64,000 nt of DNA from Camelus dromedarius. Lineage: Eukaryota. Positions 61,716-64,000 of the stretch are shown here, in pieces (positions within the stretch are counted from its first letter, which is position 1; each line of letters begins with the position of its first letter). Under the pieces are notes generated by a model. That model ran no database searches. It saw nothing but the letters and a program-made list of their open reading frames with translations, and was not told the DNA's origin. The DNA lies in contig NC_087436.1 of the NCBI RefSeq assembly GCF_036321535.1, forward strand, positions 12,462,001 through 12,526,000, written 5' to 3'. The position numbers and the translations under genes are program-made.

Positions 61716-64000
61716 ATGAATGAAGGCTGGAGGAAAATTCAGAAAGAATTTGTGGACAGTTCATAGTGTACCAGAAGCAGTTAACTATGTTTAAATTTTG
61801 TCACGTTCCCCTGAGGTAAAAATGCTAATGTAAGCATAAATATAGCAAACTACAAATAAAACACAGCACACAGATAGTATGGTCGTACATTAAATAATCA
61901 TTTTAATTTTTAAGATATTAGTAAAATGTGGCATTAGTGAACAGAACTGTCATCCTTTCCTTGTTGAAGTCTCTTCTTGTCTTCCGCATCCTTTAGTAAT
62001 CTACTTCACAGCACGTGTGATCGGATGCTTCACGGGTTAGGACAGAAATCCAAATCTCAAAAACCCCTCAGTCTGAGGCTGTAATTTCTTAAGGTGGTGA
62101 CTTTACAACCACACACATCTACTGGATGGGACTCAGGTCTCAGTTCCGGCCATGCCCAGGTGAGGTCAGTGTGGGGGTCCCAGAGGAGGCCTCTCTGCCT
62201 CGCCCTTCCTCTCCTGCCGTCTGCAACATGCCGGGTGAGCACTTCCTATTCACAGGCCTTCTCCTCTCTGCCTGAGAGCAGAGATGAGCCCCGAGTATTG
62301 TGCAGGAAGGAGGGGGACAAAATTCTTTTAGTCGCACTTTGCCTTTTGAAAAAAAAATCTTTTTTGACTGAGTGTTCTTCAAATGGATTTCCCCCTTAAA
62401 CTAAAAAGACATAGTTCTACTTTTTTTCCCCCCAAATTGTCATTTCTCCCTCCTAATCATACTCATCAATCATAAAATATGATTCTGGCTTCTTAGAAAC
62501 ACTAACACTTCAAGTGACTGATGTACCCAACTAAAGTAAAAGTCAGAAGTCTATTTGATTCATCCAACTAATAAAGAACTACTGATATGTCATGTTTAAT
62601 ATTGATTTTTGCTTAATGTTTCTATGAATTAGATTCTTTTGTTTCTGTAACAAAAGCATTCAAGAAGTACTTTTGAAATAAAAACTTGGAAAATAATTTT
62701 AAAATGCTTAGCAAAGTATCTTTTTAAAAATGAGAAATGAACTGAGGGATTTTTAACTGGTCCCAATTTTGGCTCATATTGCAAATCATTTTTTTTTTTT
62801 ACTTTATTGATAAACATCAAACGTTTTATTTATCCAGCACTGTGCAAGCCAGAATGTGAAAATTTCCTCATAAATGTGAAGCTCTTATGTTTTCACCATT
62901 TGACTTGCCTATGATTTGTGCTTGGTTAATATTTAAAATATATAGCAAGAGTGTGCCCAAAGCAGAAATAGTAGAAAGGCTCTATGAGACATTTGGAAAC
63001 AGACAAAAAATATACCTCAGACCCTCAAGTCACTCCCTCGTGGTAACTAGCCCTCACCCATCATGGCGGTCTCTCCAGGAAGGAAGAGACGGGAGCTGTC
63101 CCTGGGTTGCAGAAGGTACAATTTAGATTTTGGAACAGGAGCTGAGACCAGCATGCATTTCAAGGTCAGAAGCCTATTTTAACTTAAGTGCAAGCCTTAT
63201 AATTTGCTCCAGGTATAAAATTGCCTTGTTATGCTTCAAATTTTTAGCTACCAGTAACTACTTTATAAGTTGAGAGGGTTAAATTTGAAGGATGCATTTG
63301 AAAATATTACTTATTAAAGCTCTCTTTTATTTTGCCTGCTGTAAATTCCATTTCCATTTAAATGGAAGCAGAAGCAAATTGCTTTCGTGATGCTCTTCCT
63401 ATTTGTGTTTCTATGGAAATAGTCTTGATGAGGAAGGGGAAAGCTGAAATCAAAAGCCTTATAACTGAGCAGAGAGTAACCGAGGGTGTTTTATTGAGCA
63501 GTCAGCCAGATTTCATGCAATCCAAGGTAACATGATGTTCAAGCAGCCCAGACTTACAGAAATGAGTACTCATGTCCCCACTTTTCTTCTCCCAGAGCTA
63601 TTTGACCTCTCATATTTTCCTGACTACACCTTAACCAAGGTCTGTCAAACACAAGAACCCCACAGCCTTGACTTACGGACCCTCACTGCTTGGTATAGCC
63701 CTCATGGGATCTGGCTTTCTAATATTGCTCTGTTAAGTAATACTCAAAATATGATGCTTGCTTTAAAGTATGTGCTTAAGAGAAAAGGAACCTTTGGGGA
63801 TATTACTGAGGGAGAGCAGACCAAAAAGAAAAAATAAATAAAATGTGAAGCAGAATTTCAGAGTAGATAATTATTCATATGACTTTTGCTTTTATATCCC
63901 AACCATTTCTTAATAACCCACATTTGAATTAAATATGTCAGATCCACACTGCCCGTATTCTGTGAAGAACCATTATATACAAAACCTATTACTAAAAACT

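Overview
AT-rich mammalian genomic DNA, very probably camelid (camel, alpaca or vicuna). The taxon call rests on a Vic-1-type tRNA-derived SINE at 50641-50824 and many lineage-typical L1 3' ends. I recognise no protein-coding host gene, RNA gene, CRISPR array or prokaryotic feature, so the window reads as intergenic or deep-intronic. It is dense with retroelement and DNA-transposon relics: 5'-truncated L1s (two with 5' inversions), three copies of one ERV1 solo-LTR family, a MER41-like LTR, a decayed ERV-L provirus with readable gag and integrase remnants, MER4-group internal sequence, MaLR LTRs, MIR, L2, MER5, MER53 and microsatellites. Nearly all listed ORFs are chance or repeat-derived. The least explained region is 35.4-37.6 kb: a 302-codon minus-strand ORF with an in-frame strong splice acceptor and a downstream AATAAA, bracketed by an 88-bp direct repeat pair. 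Other leads are exon-shaped elements at 0.25-0.7 kb and 50.35-50.47 kb, a CpG-retaining 25-bp minisatellite interrupted by two LTRs, a GAS motif in the MER41-like LTR and a GATA-motif cluster. Repeat family names come from recalled consensus similarity, not a database search, and most repeat boundaries are approximate. No new biological system can be claimed from sequence alone.
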